63,930 nucleotides of DNA, filler included, from Reticulomyxa filosa (GCA_000512085.1; 20 parts of 20 records of this genome joined end to end with filler, not necessarily neighbours in it); one strand, 5' to 3'. Positions 13,102 to 26,700 are shown, counted from the first letter of the whole stretch. The notes: generated by a model not told the origin, from the sequence alone. Numbers and translations are program-made.

Positions 13102-13201
13102 NNNNNNNNNNNNNNNNNNNNNNNNNNNNNNNNNNNNNNNNNNNNTTAATTAATTAANNNNNNNNNNNNNNNNNNNNNNNNNNNNNNNNNNNNNNNNNNN
13201 N
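13102..13201. other. Artificial contig spacer (first of 19)
   Basis: 44N + TTAATTAATTAA (stops in all six frames) + 44N. Identical spacers start at 14463, 15947, 18564, 22268, 25664, 26766, 35296, 37322, 43560, 47781, 49920, 51388, 54139, 56230, 58952, 60056, 61248 and 62831. Confidence 0.98.
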
Positions 13202-14859
13202 ATTTTTGAAAAGGTTATTTTGTTTACTTTGGAAAAAACAACAAAAGGAAACGACTAATCAAATATACAAGATTGGCTTAGAAGGGGGTTTTGTGCGCAA
13301 CGAGTCATTTTGATGAATTATGTCCTTTGTATCTTATTGAACAAAAAAAAATGTTACAATAGACAATTGTATAAGTAAAAAAAATTCAAAAATGGTTCCA
13401 ACAGTTGAATAATTGAACAATATATTGTTTTTTTTCCTTGTGTCAAGTCAGGCAATGTTTAATATTCTAAAAAAAAATACAACAAATATACTATATAATT
13501 TGAACAAAAGTTTCAATAACATCAAGAATCACAAAGAGACATTGTCCAGTCGATGCAATCTTTTGCAAATATATAAATATACATATATAAATCAGAAAAT
13601 GTATTTGAATCGATGCATTACAAGGACAATAGTGGATAAGCTGTGATTATTGCTTTCCGAGTCTACAGTAGTGATTATATTTGAAGTAGTTGTAGAATGA
13701 AGGCCATAAATCTTAGAGGCGTTTGCGTCTTTAACAGAAGGAGATAATGAGGATATTGACGTTGAAATGAAAGTGGAAGATGTTGTAGTTGAAGTGGGAA
13801 GCGCTTAAAAAAGTATTGGCTGAATTAGCATCACCTTTTTTTAAAAAAAAAAGGTGCAATTTAATTGTGTTTCCACTTGTTTGTCAATTTTTTTGGTTCA
13901 CATTGTGCACAAACAAGTGCCAGTCTATGCTACACAACGAAGATCAATAGCTTTATTTTTCCAAACTTTATTTGTTTGGCACTGGATATGTCGACAAATT
14001 GTCATAATCGCTGTGGTAATCCTTTTTCTTTATGAAAAGCACACGGGGAGTTTGCTGTCAATATCATGATCGCAGTATCGATTTAGAAGATGTTGCCAAT
14101 CTCATTGCGACTCCAACTATGTTGTGATCAAACGAATAATTGTTAACACATTTTCGCGAACAAGCTAGGGATACAGATAGAAGTAGCTAATAAAAAAAAA
14201 CATTTAACATGTGGATATGTGTTCCATTATCACATTTTATAAAAATTTCCTCCCAACAATTGTAATAATACGGCTTTTTTGGTAAACTCATTACCATTAA
14301 ATCAACAGTGTGATCAATTGTGCTAGAAAGTCAAATACATCAACTCACTTTGTTGACTTTTTGATCATTCAAAAGTAAAATGAAATGTTTCATCATCAAT
14401 TCCAATTTTGTATACAAAACACTGTTCTTTGTTAAAAAAAAAAAGACTCGTCTTTTTTTTCTNNNNNNNNNNNNNNNNNNNNNNNNNNNNNNNNNNNNNN
14501 NNNNNNTTAATTAATTAANNNNNNNNNNNNNNNNNNNNNNNNNNNNNNNNNNNNNNNNNNNNATTGCCCGTCAATTGTGTCATTGTCCATATCCTCCTTT
14601 GTGTCAACAGCACTTCTTCCACCTTAAAGGCAGGTGCTGATCCATGTGACAATCACTACCTTTCCATTATAATTTGCATCAACAATTGTAGCTAGTTGGA
14701 CCATGTGTCGAAGTTGTCATTGTTGTCCTTTTCGCCCTTTTCGTCCATGTCGTCCACATTCTATTTTTTGCGCCATATCGTACGACATATCCAAATTTTT
14801 TTTTTGTTGGTTGTTTTTTAAAAAAAAGTATTAAAAAAAAAAAAAAAACATAACATTGA

Positions 14860-15830
14860 AGTATCAAACATAGTTTGAAAATTTACTTGCTGATAGAACT
14901 TTGACTTGGCGATTATCGATTTGTTGATACATGACGAAGTTGCGAGTGTTTGTGACGATAGCTTGGATGTGGACGCTGGACTGTGCATACATTTGGAATC
15001 GTAATTTATTTTAGTTGGAACACGATACATTTGCACCAACGTGGTACTAGAGCAATTAGCCACAAACAATGCATCGAATGCTATATTCGCTACTGACTTT
15101 TCAAACAATTTGCATACTCCATTCAACTGTAGTGTGCTTGTCATCACCATTACACCCGCTTCTACTTCGTAACTTGTACATACACTATATTTTTGTTTTT
15201 TTTTAAAAAACCCATTGAAAATCAAATCCATCATACAAATAATCACTCCCCCCCCCCTTACTATTTCTTGCTATACGTAAACCTCACTTTCTTTTTCATG
15301 AACATTTTTTTTCCATTAGATCTTTTTATCACTGTTATGTACCTGTGCGATAGTGATTTGGATATTAATACGTACAATAATGATGATATTCCAGAAGTAT
15401 GTTGCGAAGTATTCATTGCAGACGTTTTGATATATATATACTCTGCATTTGATTGATGCTCGGCATTTTTCTGAGAGTACGTATACTTCTGTTCTTTCAA
15501 TTGCACATAGCCATCATTGAAATTTTGCACTGACGACACTCCTACGCTGCTATGGTCCTGTGGAAATTGCACACATATCCACATTTTTGATTTCCACATT
15601 TGGATTATAGAGTGGTTGATCAATGTATTCCATGCTGTTATCAATATAACCATATTGTTTTGATTATTTGAATGTTTTTGGCCGTTTTCGGTTTGAGTTG
15701 TCTCTGGCCACATATTTGCACTTGACACAACCGGAACTACAATTAAGACTTGAAGTGCTATCAATATATTTTCATACACCAGCGACGAGTCCATGTTGCC
15801 GTTTAGAGAGAGAGCCAAGTTTCCACTCAA
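14860..15830 (-). CDS. Hypothetical, possibly secreted protein of a multi-copy family (may be decaying)
   Basis: ORFs 15261-15830 and 14818-15246 are separated by a GT-AG intron (~15187-15341). There is a hydrophobic segment ILIALQVLIVVPVVSSA and a clear nucleotide paralog at 55650-56229. Confidence 0.4.
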
Positions 15831-16046
15831 TCGTTTCTCTTCCGTTTGCCCCCTCTCTTACCAGGCACTCTGAAATGGAAATACGTCAAATAATAATAAC
15901 AAAATAAGTTTTAGAAAATGATTTCAGAATCAAAAGTAATAATCAANNNNNNNNNNNNNNNNNNNNNNNNNNNNNNNNNNNNNNNNNNNNTTAATTAATT
16001 AANNNNNNNNNNNNNNNNNNNNNNNNNNNNNNNNNNNNNNNNNNNN

Positions 16047-16546
16047 ACAAAACATACCCATCCATCCAAATATGTCGCTTATCAAAGTGGTGTTCCATGT
16101 TGCACCCAAAGCGCATGGCAACGGGAAGCCTGTTCGTGTTCAATCGCAAAAGGGGGTGTAATGTTTATTGTTTTGTGTCCTAGTGTCGCTCTCGGGTTGC
16201 AGAAAAAGAGAAATATGCATAGGCCACACGACTGAAGGGGAAGGAAGACAGAACTAGTGGGACAATGGCTGCCACAGCGCGATTGCACACCGTGGACACA
16301 GTTTCCACCCCAATCATACTCTGGAATTCCCAATCTTGGAATGAAATTCAGCGGGCTTTGACGTGCTGTCAATAACAACGCCTTTTCTTCCAACGTCAGA
16401 CGATTTATCAAGTCTTGCACACGTTGGTTTGTTGTCAAACTTGTGTTGCAGAAAGCAAATTCGTCTAATTGCTGCTTTGTAGAACATGCTCGAGGAATTG
16501 TTTCACCAGAGCCTACACCAAACAAAACTAACAAAAGAGCCCACAT
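16047..16546 (-). CDS. Secreted glycoside hydrolase family 3 (beta-xylosidase-like), N-terminal part
   Basis: Signal peptide MWALLLVLFGVGSG, then FCNTSL..RVQDLINRLTLEEK, IPRLGIPEYDW..NCVHGV, and a next exon FPLPCALGATWN. Typical GH3 BXL N-terminus. Confidence 0.87.
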
Positions 16547-17292
16547 GATGCAACTTCAGAATTGTAAGGTAAAATCTTTTCAATCTATTAACAATTATTC
16601 CTTAAAAAAGAAAGGCTCTTGTAAACTCTGTAAATATACTGGTAGGATATCGGTAAATTGCAACTTGTTTATCACGTACTACATTAGCCACACATATGTT
16701 AGTTCTCTCAACGTACATTATACTTTACCTATTTTTTTTTACCTTATCATTTACTTTTCACACGTGCTTCCAACGTTATATTGATCTATCCAGCCCGTTG
16801 TTCGATATTTTGCTTATTCTGCGACAACAAAAAATTCTTAATATTTAAACGGTTATTGCAATAAAAAAACTTTTCAATATTTAGCAACACGAAAAATGTA
16901 ATACTTTTTTCCAAATATGTATTATAATTCGTAATGGATATATTTGTTTACACGAACTGATATTAAACGCATTTCCAAAAAAAATAGGTTATTGTGTCAT
17001 TGTTTCGGTCAACTTATTCTGTTTTGTAATTGATATTTGGAAAGATTGCATTTTTTTATCAGGACAATGATTATCAGTTTAACGTTGATAAATGTAATTT
17101 AATTACTGATCAACTTGCAGTTTTTTTTGAAAAAAAGTCAGATTGTTGAAAGGATTTCTTGCGTCTAAAACATTGAGCCTTGTTCATTCATTTGGCGTGC
17201 TTTTTTTCTTTTCCATATCTTCTTGCTCTTGTCTTTTTTATTATTTGGTTAAACAGTAATCTTGAAGATCAATTATTGTGCTCACGACTAAA

Positions 17293-18500
17293 ATGAACAA
17301 GGACGGAATTGACACCAAGATATTGGAAGACAACTATAGCAAACTAATAGAAAAATTGAGGTCTGTGTATGACTGTGCCAAATTGAAAAGTGACATGGAT
17401 AATCTTGATACAACAAAAGAGTTAATTTTGTTTTTTTTGGTAGTGGGGAAAAAAAAAGATTGAAAACGTTGCACCTTGTGCAAAAAATGCCCAGAGAATT
17501 TATCAAGCTATTTTGCAAAGCTTTTGATCAGCAGGTGACAGACGACGACGTGAAAGAAGACGATCAATTGCAACTAATGAGTAAAAAAGATCATAAAACA
17601 ACGGTGGTGTCAATCCAGTCGTTTTTGAGTCGGATATGAAAGAGAAGCCAGAAATGGAAGATCGCCAAGAGATTCAAGTGTCACAAGACACATCCGAAAA
17701 TGTGGGTACAAATGAGTCAACGTCAACAACAGAAACATCACTGACCCCACGAGCCCGTATGAGATTGGAGCATGGCTCGTTTTCCAACAGTAAGCTATTG
17801 AATGTATCTCCACAAAAAGGGAAGAACGGTAGTCGAATTAATAGCAGCAAAGCGATCGAAGACAAGTTTGCCAACAACAATAGTAACAATAGCAACAATG
17901 ATGCAAATCCAATCGACAGTCGTGTCAGTGACAAAGAACTGACCGAGATAGTAACTGATCAACTTTGTGTGTTAACACAAGAACCAAATATGTACAGGTG
18001 CTTGTGTACGTATATAAAATCTTTAATGTGTTTATTTCTTTTTTTTTTTTTTTTTTTTTAAAAAACTGAAAAAAAAAAAAAAAAAAAAAAGAAATAAACG
18101 GCATTTGCAATAAAAAAATGTGCAAAGAAATTACAGCAACGAGAGTGAGGGAGTTACGGAAACGGTGACAATGAACGGATGCAATGAGAGTGTAGCAAAC
18201 GAGGTGAATGGAGAAAGAACAGTTTTAGAATCGTCGGGACGTATAATCAAGGAATTGAAATTATCGGCACAAGACAGTGGGTTGACAAAAACTGACGAAT
18301 GGAGCAGAGAAAATTCCAACCCTCCTTGGGGAAGTGATTGGAGTGATTATGAAAAAAACCATGAAGTATTAACGCCAAGCCTAGAACCCACAAGGTTTTC
18401 TTTTCAATCCGTGTCAAGACATAGCATTGTCAGCAACGCTGACAAAGTTGATGCTTATAGCCCCATCAAGCCCGCAGATGGTTTGCACACAAACATACTT
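17293..18500 (+). CDS. Hypothetical low-complexity protein, multi-exon, 3' end truncated
   Basis: Coding-like exons at 17293-~17420, ~17459-17990 and ~18128-18500, separated by homopolymer introns. One apparent frameshift in an A-run at ~17595. Confidence 0.5.
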
Positions 18501-18517
18501 TCATCCTTTGTTTTTCT

Positions 18518-18553
<36 letters not shown>

Positions 18554-18889
18554 TTTTTTTTTTNNNNNNNNNNNNNNNNNNNNNNNNNNNNNNNNNNNNN
18601 NNNNNNNTTAATTAATTAANNNNNNNNNNNNNNNNNNNNNNNNNNNNNNNNNNNNNNNNNNNNATATATATATATATATATTATATATATTATATGTATG
18701 CACATATATATGTACATGTATGTAATTGCATGATAAATAAAACAAAAAAAAAAAAAAAAAAAGTGTTGCATTTTTATTTATCTTTTTTTGTTTGTTTATT
18801 TGTGTGCTTTTGGTATTGTGATTTGGTGAATGTGTATTGTGTGTGTGTGGGGATGAAACATATGGAATAAGACACGACAATGTGCTCAA

Positions 18890-20218
18890 ATGGAAGCAAG
18901 ACTAAAGCTCAAAGAAGATGAAAACGAAGAGTTGAAAACGGAACTGCAAGAAATGACCGATAAATATGATGCATGTATGCTTTTTTTTTTTTTGCTTTTG
19001 TGGCTCTTTTTAAAAAGAGGGGGGGGGAGGGGAAAAAAGGAGTGGCAGATAAAAACAAAGAGGGAAACATTAGAGTGCTGTGACTATAACACAAATGGAA
19101 TGTAGTGTTGCTGAGACACAAAGAAACGGAGAAAGAGCGAAAGGCACAAGAGCGGTCGTTTGATAAAGAACGCAATCTCTTGAAGACTCAATTGGCTGAG
19201 ACTCAAGAAAAGATGAGCTATTGTTCCACGGAATTGAAAACAGTCAAAGCCGAAAATGCGAACATGCAAGAACAAATCGCTCGAAATATCAAGAAATACA
19301 ACGAATTAGTCAACACTTTGGCTGCAGTTACTTTTTTTTTTTTTTGAATAAAGCGAAATCGTATACTTTTCATTTTTTTTTTTTTTTAAATAGAGCAAAA
19401 ATCAATTGCATCAAAAGATTGCAGAGTTAAGCCATCAAAATGATGACTTGGAATCCACGCTTGTGATGGTTCGGAACTCTTGGAATCAAACAGGTAATGT
19501 GATGGAGAACCAGGTCAATGTGTGCAACAGCAAAATCGAGCGACTGACGAAAGAGCTGAGTGACTACAAGCAAAAGTACGAGAGTATGCAACCCGAGTTT
19601 GAGATGCAAGAGCAAATGATTGAAAACTTGCAGCAACAACGCATACATATGGACACCGAAATGAGCAATTTGGAGCTAAAAGGCGCGTCCCAAAGTGTCG
19701 AAATCACTCGGCTCAAAACGCATTTCACCCAAGCTCAATCGCGTTTGGACAAAATGCGTGGATGGATATTGAACTTATTGAAGCAAGGGGTCATTGAAAT
19801 CGACTCACAGAATGACGCCGGAAATGATATTGTCAATGATATTTTACAGAATGGAAGTATGGAAACTTTGATGACTCAGTTTTCTGAGATTGACAAACAA
19901 AATCGAGTGCTCGAATCTTTCTCCGCTGCTGAGGAAGATAACAAGGATCGGGCTGATCGTAACAGTGAACCACTTGAATTGAACAAATCTGTCCATAATT
20001 CCATCAATCGTGATGCATCCGTGCATCAGCAACCAGCCACATTCCAAATGGGCCACAAATCGAGGCAGTCTGTGGGAATTGATGGAATTACCGCTTCTGG
20101 ATTAACAACTCCTGTGAGTCTTGATGAATTCGATAAGGAACATGCTTTTGAATCGTCCGTCGATAACGCAGAACATAATGCCATGTCGGATGGAAGGACA
20201 ATGGAAATGCTAGATTAA
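18890..20218 (+). CDS. Coiled-coil protein, C-terminal part
   Basis: E/K/Q/L heptad-rich exons 18890-~18974, ~19106-19327 and ~19394-20218, separated by GT-AG introns. Confidence 0.65.
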
Positions 20219-21299
20219 TTTTTAGAAAATGTCATTTGTCAAATTGCATCGTAGTTTTTTATTTCTTTGTGTGCAAGTGTATTTTTTTGCAAAAAAAAAA
20301 AGGGAAGGTGTGCTATTAAGTTTTAGTTTTTTTTGGTTTTGTGTTGCTATTGGTAATTTTTTTTCTCATCCTCCTTTTTGTTATCTTCGATTTGAAATTT
20401 TTCGAGTACGATATTAGTTACTTTTTGGGGTTGCGATCACATATGTTATTTGAGTTCAAAGTAACCAGCCAATTGTAAGACAAAGTTGACAAAAAAAAAA
20501 TTACGGGCACGTTATAGTATTTGCCTCACTTTTGTATCCAAACAACATACGTTCCAATCCACAGTCAAAACAAACACAAATTTCAACAAACAAAAGATGG
20601 AATGACAGAAAAACAAAAGAAAAAAAATGATTAACTCAAAAAAACAACAAAAAAGTTCTAGCCACGTTAAAGAGACGCATTTTGGAAGATGGGGAAAAAA
20701 AAAGAAATTGATTAAAATAATCCATAGCACTCTCTTTTTCACACTTTACATTTGCAGTATTGCTATGGCTTGGAGAGAAAAAAACAACAAAAAGGAGGGG
20801 GAAAATGAAATGGAAGGTGTTTCACTTTTGCTTTTGAAAAAAAAATAAACAAACCAAAAATCAACCTCAAACACAACAAATCAAAAAAAATCTCACAATT
20901 CACAAACAAAACAAGACAGCTGCAACTAAACAAAACGCGGGAAAAGGAAAAAAAAGAAAAATTAACACCTACACAAATCAATCGGACGCACTACAAAATG
21001 TATTAAAAAATTATGTGAGGAACTCAACCAATGAGAAAAACAAAAACAAACAAAACGAACCCACCAAACAAACATCCAACCGAAATTTCTTTCTTTTTCT
21101 CCCTGCTGATAAATCAACAAGGAGGGAAAAAAAAAAGCAAGCTTGACACCATTGCTGTTGTTTGAAATTCCCCCTCAACGCCCCTCTCACCCCCCCTTTT
21201 TGTTCTAAAATCAATCCTTTTTTTTTTTTCTCTCCTTTTTTTTTTTTTTTTTGTCTTCTTTTTACTATTATTGTTTGTGAATGTTGCAAAAAAAAATCA

Positions 21300-22180
21300 C
21301 TATCCCGTGGCCATCTTTTTATTTTTTTGTAGCGCTCTTTTTTCTTGTTCTTGTCTTTGTTCGGCAATTTCCTGTACACGCGACATTACGTACTCCTGTT
21401 GTGAGCTCCCGGTAGACATCGTATCGGCATTGGTGGCCTTGGCGTTACTGGAATCACGAACGGTACTTGCACGTTTGGTCGTGTCGTCATCTGCGTTCTT
21501 TGTTTCAATTCCGTATTGCTTCCACAATTTTTTTGGCACAATGGTATGCACAATTTTGCGTCGCGTGGCCAAAGCAATTTCTTCATCGGTAAAATTGAAC
21601 AAATTAGGGCCCTTTTTGCAACCAGGAATCCTGAAAATTGTATTTCATATGTCATTCCAAATATTTTTTTTTTTTTGGAAGACAAACAACGATAGGAAGG
21701 AGGTGGGGGGGGGGGGGGGGGGAGGAGAGGGAGAGGAAAAGAAAATGGAAAAAAAAAAATTAAATAAATAAATAATAACAATTAAACAAAATATGATGTA
21801 AAGTTTTGGTAAGAATTAAGGCGTGGTAAACTCAAAATCAGGGTCTCTCAGCTCGTCAAAGTAAGAGTGAGCCAAAGCGTCGAAACAGTTTAATCGTTCG
21901 GATGGCGTGAACACTAAAAACTTGGACAAGACATCAATGGCATCGTCGGGAACGAATTCATTGTTATAAGTCACCACGCTGAACACCATCTTCCACGGCA
22001 ATGCCTTCACTCCAGGGAAGTCCGTGTGGGTGTAGTGCGGGTTCATTGCCATTATTTCACGACGTGTCGGTGTTCCCAGTACTTTGATAATTTCGATCAA
22101 TTGGTCCACACTCTTTTCTCCCTGGAACAATGGGGTTGTCAAAAACAACTCGCCCATCACACATCCCAATGACCATGTGT
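21300..22180 (-). CDS. GSK3: Glycogen synthase kinase 3 / shaggy-like kinase, C-terminal part
   Basis: DTWSLGCVMGEL..PLFQGEKSVDQLIEIIKVLGTPTRREIMAMNP..FP.VKALPW..ALAHSYFDELRDP, spliced to ..PNLFNFTDEE. Diagnostic of GSK3. Confidence 0.92.
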
Positions 22181-22554
22181 CTATACATCATACCCATACA
22201 CAGCACGTATAAATTAATACATTTATACATACATCTTTTTTTTTTTTTTTTTATATTGTACATAAAGNNNNNNNNNNNNNNNNNNNNNNNNNNNNNNNNN
22301 NNNNNNNNNNNTTAATTAATTAANNNNNNNNNNNNNNNNNNNNNNNNNNNNNNNNNNNNNNNNNNNNTTTTTTTTGTGAATGACTATTGTGACTTTCGTG
22401 TATAGAGACAACGAACGCATAGAATGTAGACAAGTTTTATTAACAAAGCTTGTACTTGTGCATTGGACCATATCAGCTTACACAAGCTTTTTTTTTTTTT
22501 TTGTATTCGAAAAAGTGATGGAGGAGAATATACCACCAAAAAAAAAATATTATT

Positions 22555-23425
22555 TCAATCCTTGCTTTCGGTTGTTTTTGCAAGCATCTCTTGTGCTTTC
22601 GCTGCAGACTCATGACTTATATTTTGCAATTGTTCAATGGCTTGTTTTTGAGTAGCTGTAATTTCTATTTGTTCTTTTTTCTTTTGCTCTTCTTCCTTCT
22701 GTTTCTATTTTTTATTTTTATTATTTTCATTATAAATCTCAAAGTATTGATCAACAATATACATATGTATATAATCTTGGACTATGAGAACGTAGAGAAA
22801 CAAAACTGCTCGTTCCAATTGCTGTTCTGGAGTGTAAAAAACCAGAGGCACTTCTTCTCGCATGAAAGGAGCCCATGACACCAATCCCAGATCAAAGTCA
22901 TTGGCAGTGTACAACTCTGTTTCATTTTTATCTTTGTAAATGATGTATTCGCCATTTTTGCATTTCCAAGGGAGAGAGAGCAAAGTGCACTCATCGCGGA
23001 GCTCTCTCATTTCCCAATCGGACACACAGATTTTGGTGCGTTCGGCGACTTTGAGGACCTGATAGGGCAGGGGATGAAGAACCTGTATGTCTTCGTATTT
23101 AATCCCACTGTGTTCGCTCAGTATGCGACGTAGCTCGGTTTTGATCAAAGTGTTGTTGGGGAACGAAATTTCTTGAAATTCGGAAAATTCCATTTTCTGA
23201 GGGAGCCAGCGACCTACCAATAGCAGCAAGTGGTCTTTCGTCAAACGTTCTTTGATCGGCGTTTTCTGCACGCAAATGTGTTGAAAATCGTGGACATTGT
23301 TTTTGCCACGTCCGCAATTTCCACGCAGCGTGGTCGTGTCCAAGTATACTTTGGTCAAGCGAGTGTTGGTAAAGTCTCGAATACGCATATAATCTGGATG
23401 GGGCATCTATTACATTTCAAATTGC

Positions 23426-23468
<43 letters not shown>

Positions 23469-24105
23469 TTATATGAATGGATAAGTGAATAACATTTAAC
23501 AATAACAAAAAAACATACGTTGGAAACATTTTCGAAAATGGCTTGCTTGACTCGATCCATTTTCCAAGTTTCATCAAGTACGACATTGCCAACAAATAAA
23601 AACTGTTCACCAAATTGTGTCTCTGCATTTGCTTCATCTTTTTTCTCTTCCTTACTTTCCTCTACTGATGTCTTATTGGACGCATCTTTCTCTTTGTCTT
23701 TATCTTGGCTCTTTTCTTTATCTTGACTCTTTTCTTTATCTTTATTTTCATTTGCCAGCCTTTCTTTTTTGACCCTTTCGACCTCTTTGATGGCCTCTTC
23801 CAGCACTTTCTTTTGATCGTGCTCTCTCTTCTTTCGTTTGTACTCTTCGTTTTCGATGAACACTTGGAACAGATATTCGGTGGGTTTCAAGGGTTTGCCT
23901 TTTTCGACAAACACTTTGGAATGGGAGCGGATGTCGTAGTACATCAAAGACTTGGTTAGGTCTTTGAATTCATAATCGTTGTAGTCTTTTCGAACGACAA
24001 GTTCTTCGACAGACACACCTTTGAATAGGAGAGAGGGGAAGGAACAAAATGAGTATTAACAAAGAATCATAACAAAAAATAATAAAATATACATATATGT
24101 ATATG

Positions 24106-24136
<31 letters not shown>

Positions 24137-25607
24137 ATGTAATTTACCCAAAATAGCACTGATTTTAATCTTCAATTCTTGCAAGGACTTTCGAACATCA
24201 AAGGTGATGGCTTGATCAAACAGGATATCTCCACGACTTTGTTCATGCAACAGCTTGTTATAGCGAATGGTGACAATGTTGAGCAAGTCATCGAATTTCT
24301 TGAGCAGGAGAGACTCCCCACCCAAGTGGTTATCGCACCGTTCGACGTGGATGGTATCTCCGGGATTGAGACGCTGATCATTCTTCAGAAGCAGTTCGTC
24401 ATTGATCCACAGCGATGCGATTTCATGTGCTTGGAATACCAAGCGGACCTGTTTGGCCTCGGAGAGCTGCAACAGCTTTGCGCAGGCCTGACGCAAGTCA
24501 CCGACGGTGCCGTCTTCGGGCACAAACACCATCAACTCGGGCTTATATTCCAACGTGTCCACGTCCAACTCTATCACGCGCAGTTCCATCATCGTCGGTT
24601 CAAACACGACAAATGACTCGTCGGGTTTTCGCACCTCCAGCCACAAGTGTTCCACATCATTGAATTGCAATTGCGTCAAGGTTTTGTCCATTGCATCTTC
24701 GGTTAGCGGTTCCATGGGCACGGGTTTGGATATCATTTTCATCTTTCGCAGACGCATGCAATCAAGTGTGGAAATATTTGCCGTGTGTTTCAGTTGGTCC
24801 CATACCTGCTGTCGTACCTCCGCCAATGTGGATGTTTTTTTCATTAGCATTGGATATACATCATCACTACTACTACTACTACTACTACCGCTGTTATTGT
24901 TGTTGTTGTTGTTATTCAAATGAATTACCACGTTCAACAACTGCTTCATACGCTCATACTCATCTCTTTGACGCAAATACACTTCGTCCTCTTTAGCAAC
25001 CTCCTCGACCAACTCTGTCGGAATGGTCTCCTTTGATACAACATTCACGTTCTTTGACGTGTCTTTCAAACGGTAGATCAACATGTACGCCGCCTTCATC
25101 GGATTCACAAACGACTTTTTCATCTTCGACGTGCCTTCCTTCGTTGTTGTTGTCGTCGTCTCATCAAACCGTTTCTTCGTCTCCTCCTTGTTTTTCAACG
25201 ACTCCGCTAATGCCGCGCTCACGTCGATGCCTCCCATTTTCCCTACCAACTTCTTTTTGTTATTCTCTTCCAATGAAAATCCACTATCTTTTTTTTTTTT
25301 TTTTTTTTAAAAAAAATAATTTCTTGCCCCTTTTTTTTTTTTAAAAAAAAAATAACCCTCGGAAGTGGACTCCTTCTTGTCGACATCATCATTTGACTTG
25401 CCTTGCGACTCGTCGCCACTTTGCGCCGACGGCTTGAAAAAGTCGGCGAGCACTTGCGGCGGTATTTCGGTGACGGCGCTGTCGTTGAACTCGAACCATC
25501 TCCCGGTCTCAAAGTCTTTGATATACGCATAGTAATGTCCACTCATGGCGCCACCAGTGTGGATTAGCATTGCATATAACTCGTATATTTGCGGTGTTTT
25601 GTTTGTT
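22555..25607 (-). CDS. Ubiquitin-specific protease (USP47/USP40-like): His box and long C-terminal region, 5' truncated
   Basis: YELYAMLIHTGGAMSGHYYAYIKDFETGRWFEFNDS (His box) and AYMLIYR, followed by probable ubiquitin-like segments. The last exon ends ..AKTTESKD* at 22555. Confidence 0.88.
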
Positions 25608-25624
25608 CTATGAACGTATATAAA

Positions 25625-25663
<39 letters not shown>

Positions 25664-25763
25664 NNNNNNNNNNNNNNNNNNNNNNNNNNNNNNNNNNNNN
25701 NNNNNNNTTAATTAATTAANNNNNNNNNNNNNNNNNNNNNNNNNNNNNNNNNNNNNNNNNNNN

Positions 25764-26700
25764 GTGATATTCTCGAATGCCAAAGATGTTTAAAGAGCAC
25801 TTCAAGAGAAGATCATCACAATTGGATTTAATGAAGCAAAATGTGAAATCTTTGACAAGTATCGACGGCGTCCAAGATCACATTTTATTCAGTGCGGAAA
25901 GTGTTTCAAGTTGAATTACTTTGCGAAGGACGCAAGAACTCAAAAATATGCAAGTATTGTGGAAAAAGAAATCACACATCATAGAAATAATCCAAGATTT
26001 CAGAAATGTGTGTTATGCAATATTGTGTCCTGTGATCCAAAAAACAAGAAATGCGATCGGTGTGAACTTATCTCGAAGAAAAAGGAACAAGTGAAGATAA
26101 ATTCAAGTAAAAATCCAAAAGACTTCAAAGAAAAGTCCAAAGTACAAAGATGTTATAACAAAAATCAAGTGAATGGACGTAGATATTCGTATACACAGAA
26201 CAAAGATCAATCAGAAGAAATCAAACAATTGAAGAATCAAATTGCATTATCACAAGCAACAGTTCAACAATTATCATCGATAGTCCAAGCATTTATTCCA
26301 TCATCCAACAAACAAATGGATCAAGAAGAGATCCAGGATAACACAGATATTGAAGATAATTGATTATTTTCCAAAATAACATCAACGGCTTTTATTCAAA
26401 AGCCCAACTGCTGGAGCAGAATCTCCACGCAGTTCAACCACATATTTGTCTCCTTCAGGAATGCTTCCGGTCGGAAACATCAAGAAGAACGTCAAGACAT
26501 CATTTCCAAAATTTATACAATGAATTCTGGAGTGAAACAGGAAGAACGGGTATTCTATGTCGTCGAGATCTCCATTCAACTCAAAGGATATCCGAAACCA
26601 AACAAGACAAATTTCAAACATCAGGTTATGAATCGTGTTGGATTGAAATTAGCATTCCAGTTGAAAGAAAGTCGATAATGTTTTGCAGTTTCTACAGAAC
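25764..26700 (+). mobile_element. Non-LTR retrotransposon fragment: ORF1 (Cys-rich knuckle) and start of ORF2 (APE endonuclease)
   Basis: ORF1 region has IQCGKCFKLNYFAKD and CVLC..CDPKNKKC. ORF2 from 26360 reads LIIFQNNINGF..QPHICLLQECF..TGRTGILCRRDL..YESCWIEI..FCSFYR, the canonical APE motifs. Confidence 0.82.

Noticed and set aside
13640-14200. Ser/Thr-rich mucin-like minus-strand fragment
   Set aside because: Broken by stops in all frames, and no family could be assigned.
17293-20218. A single gene continuing across the 18564 spacer
   Set aside because: Same strand and plausible, but contig order across spacers cannot be trusted.
23426-23468. (TAA)n, (TA)n, (CA)n and (AAC)n tracts as telomeric or functional repeats
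   Set aside because: Ordinary intronic or coding microsatellites scattered through the window.
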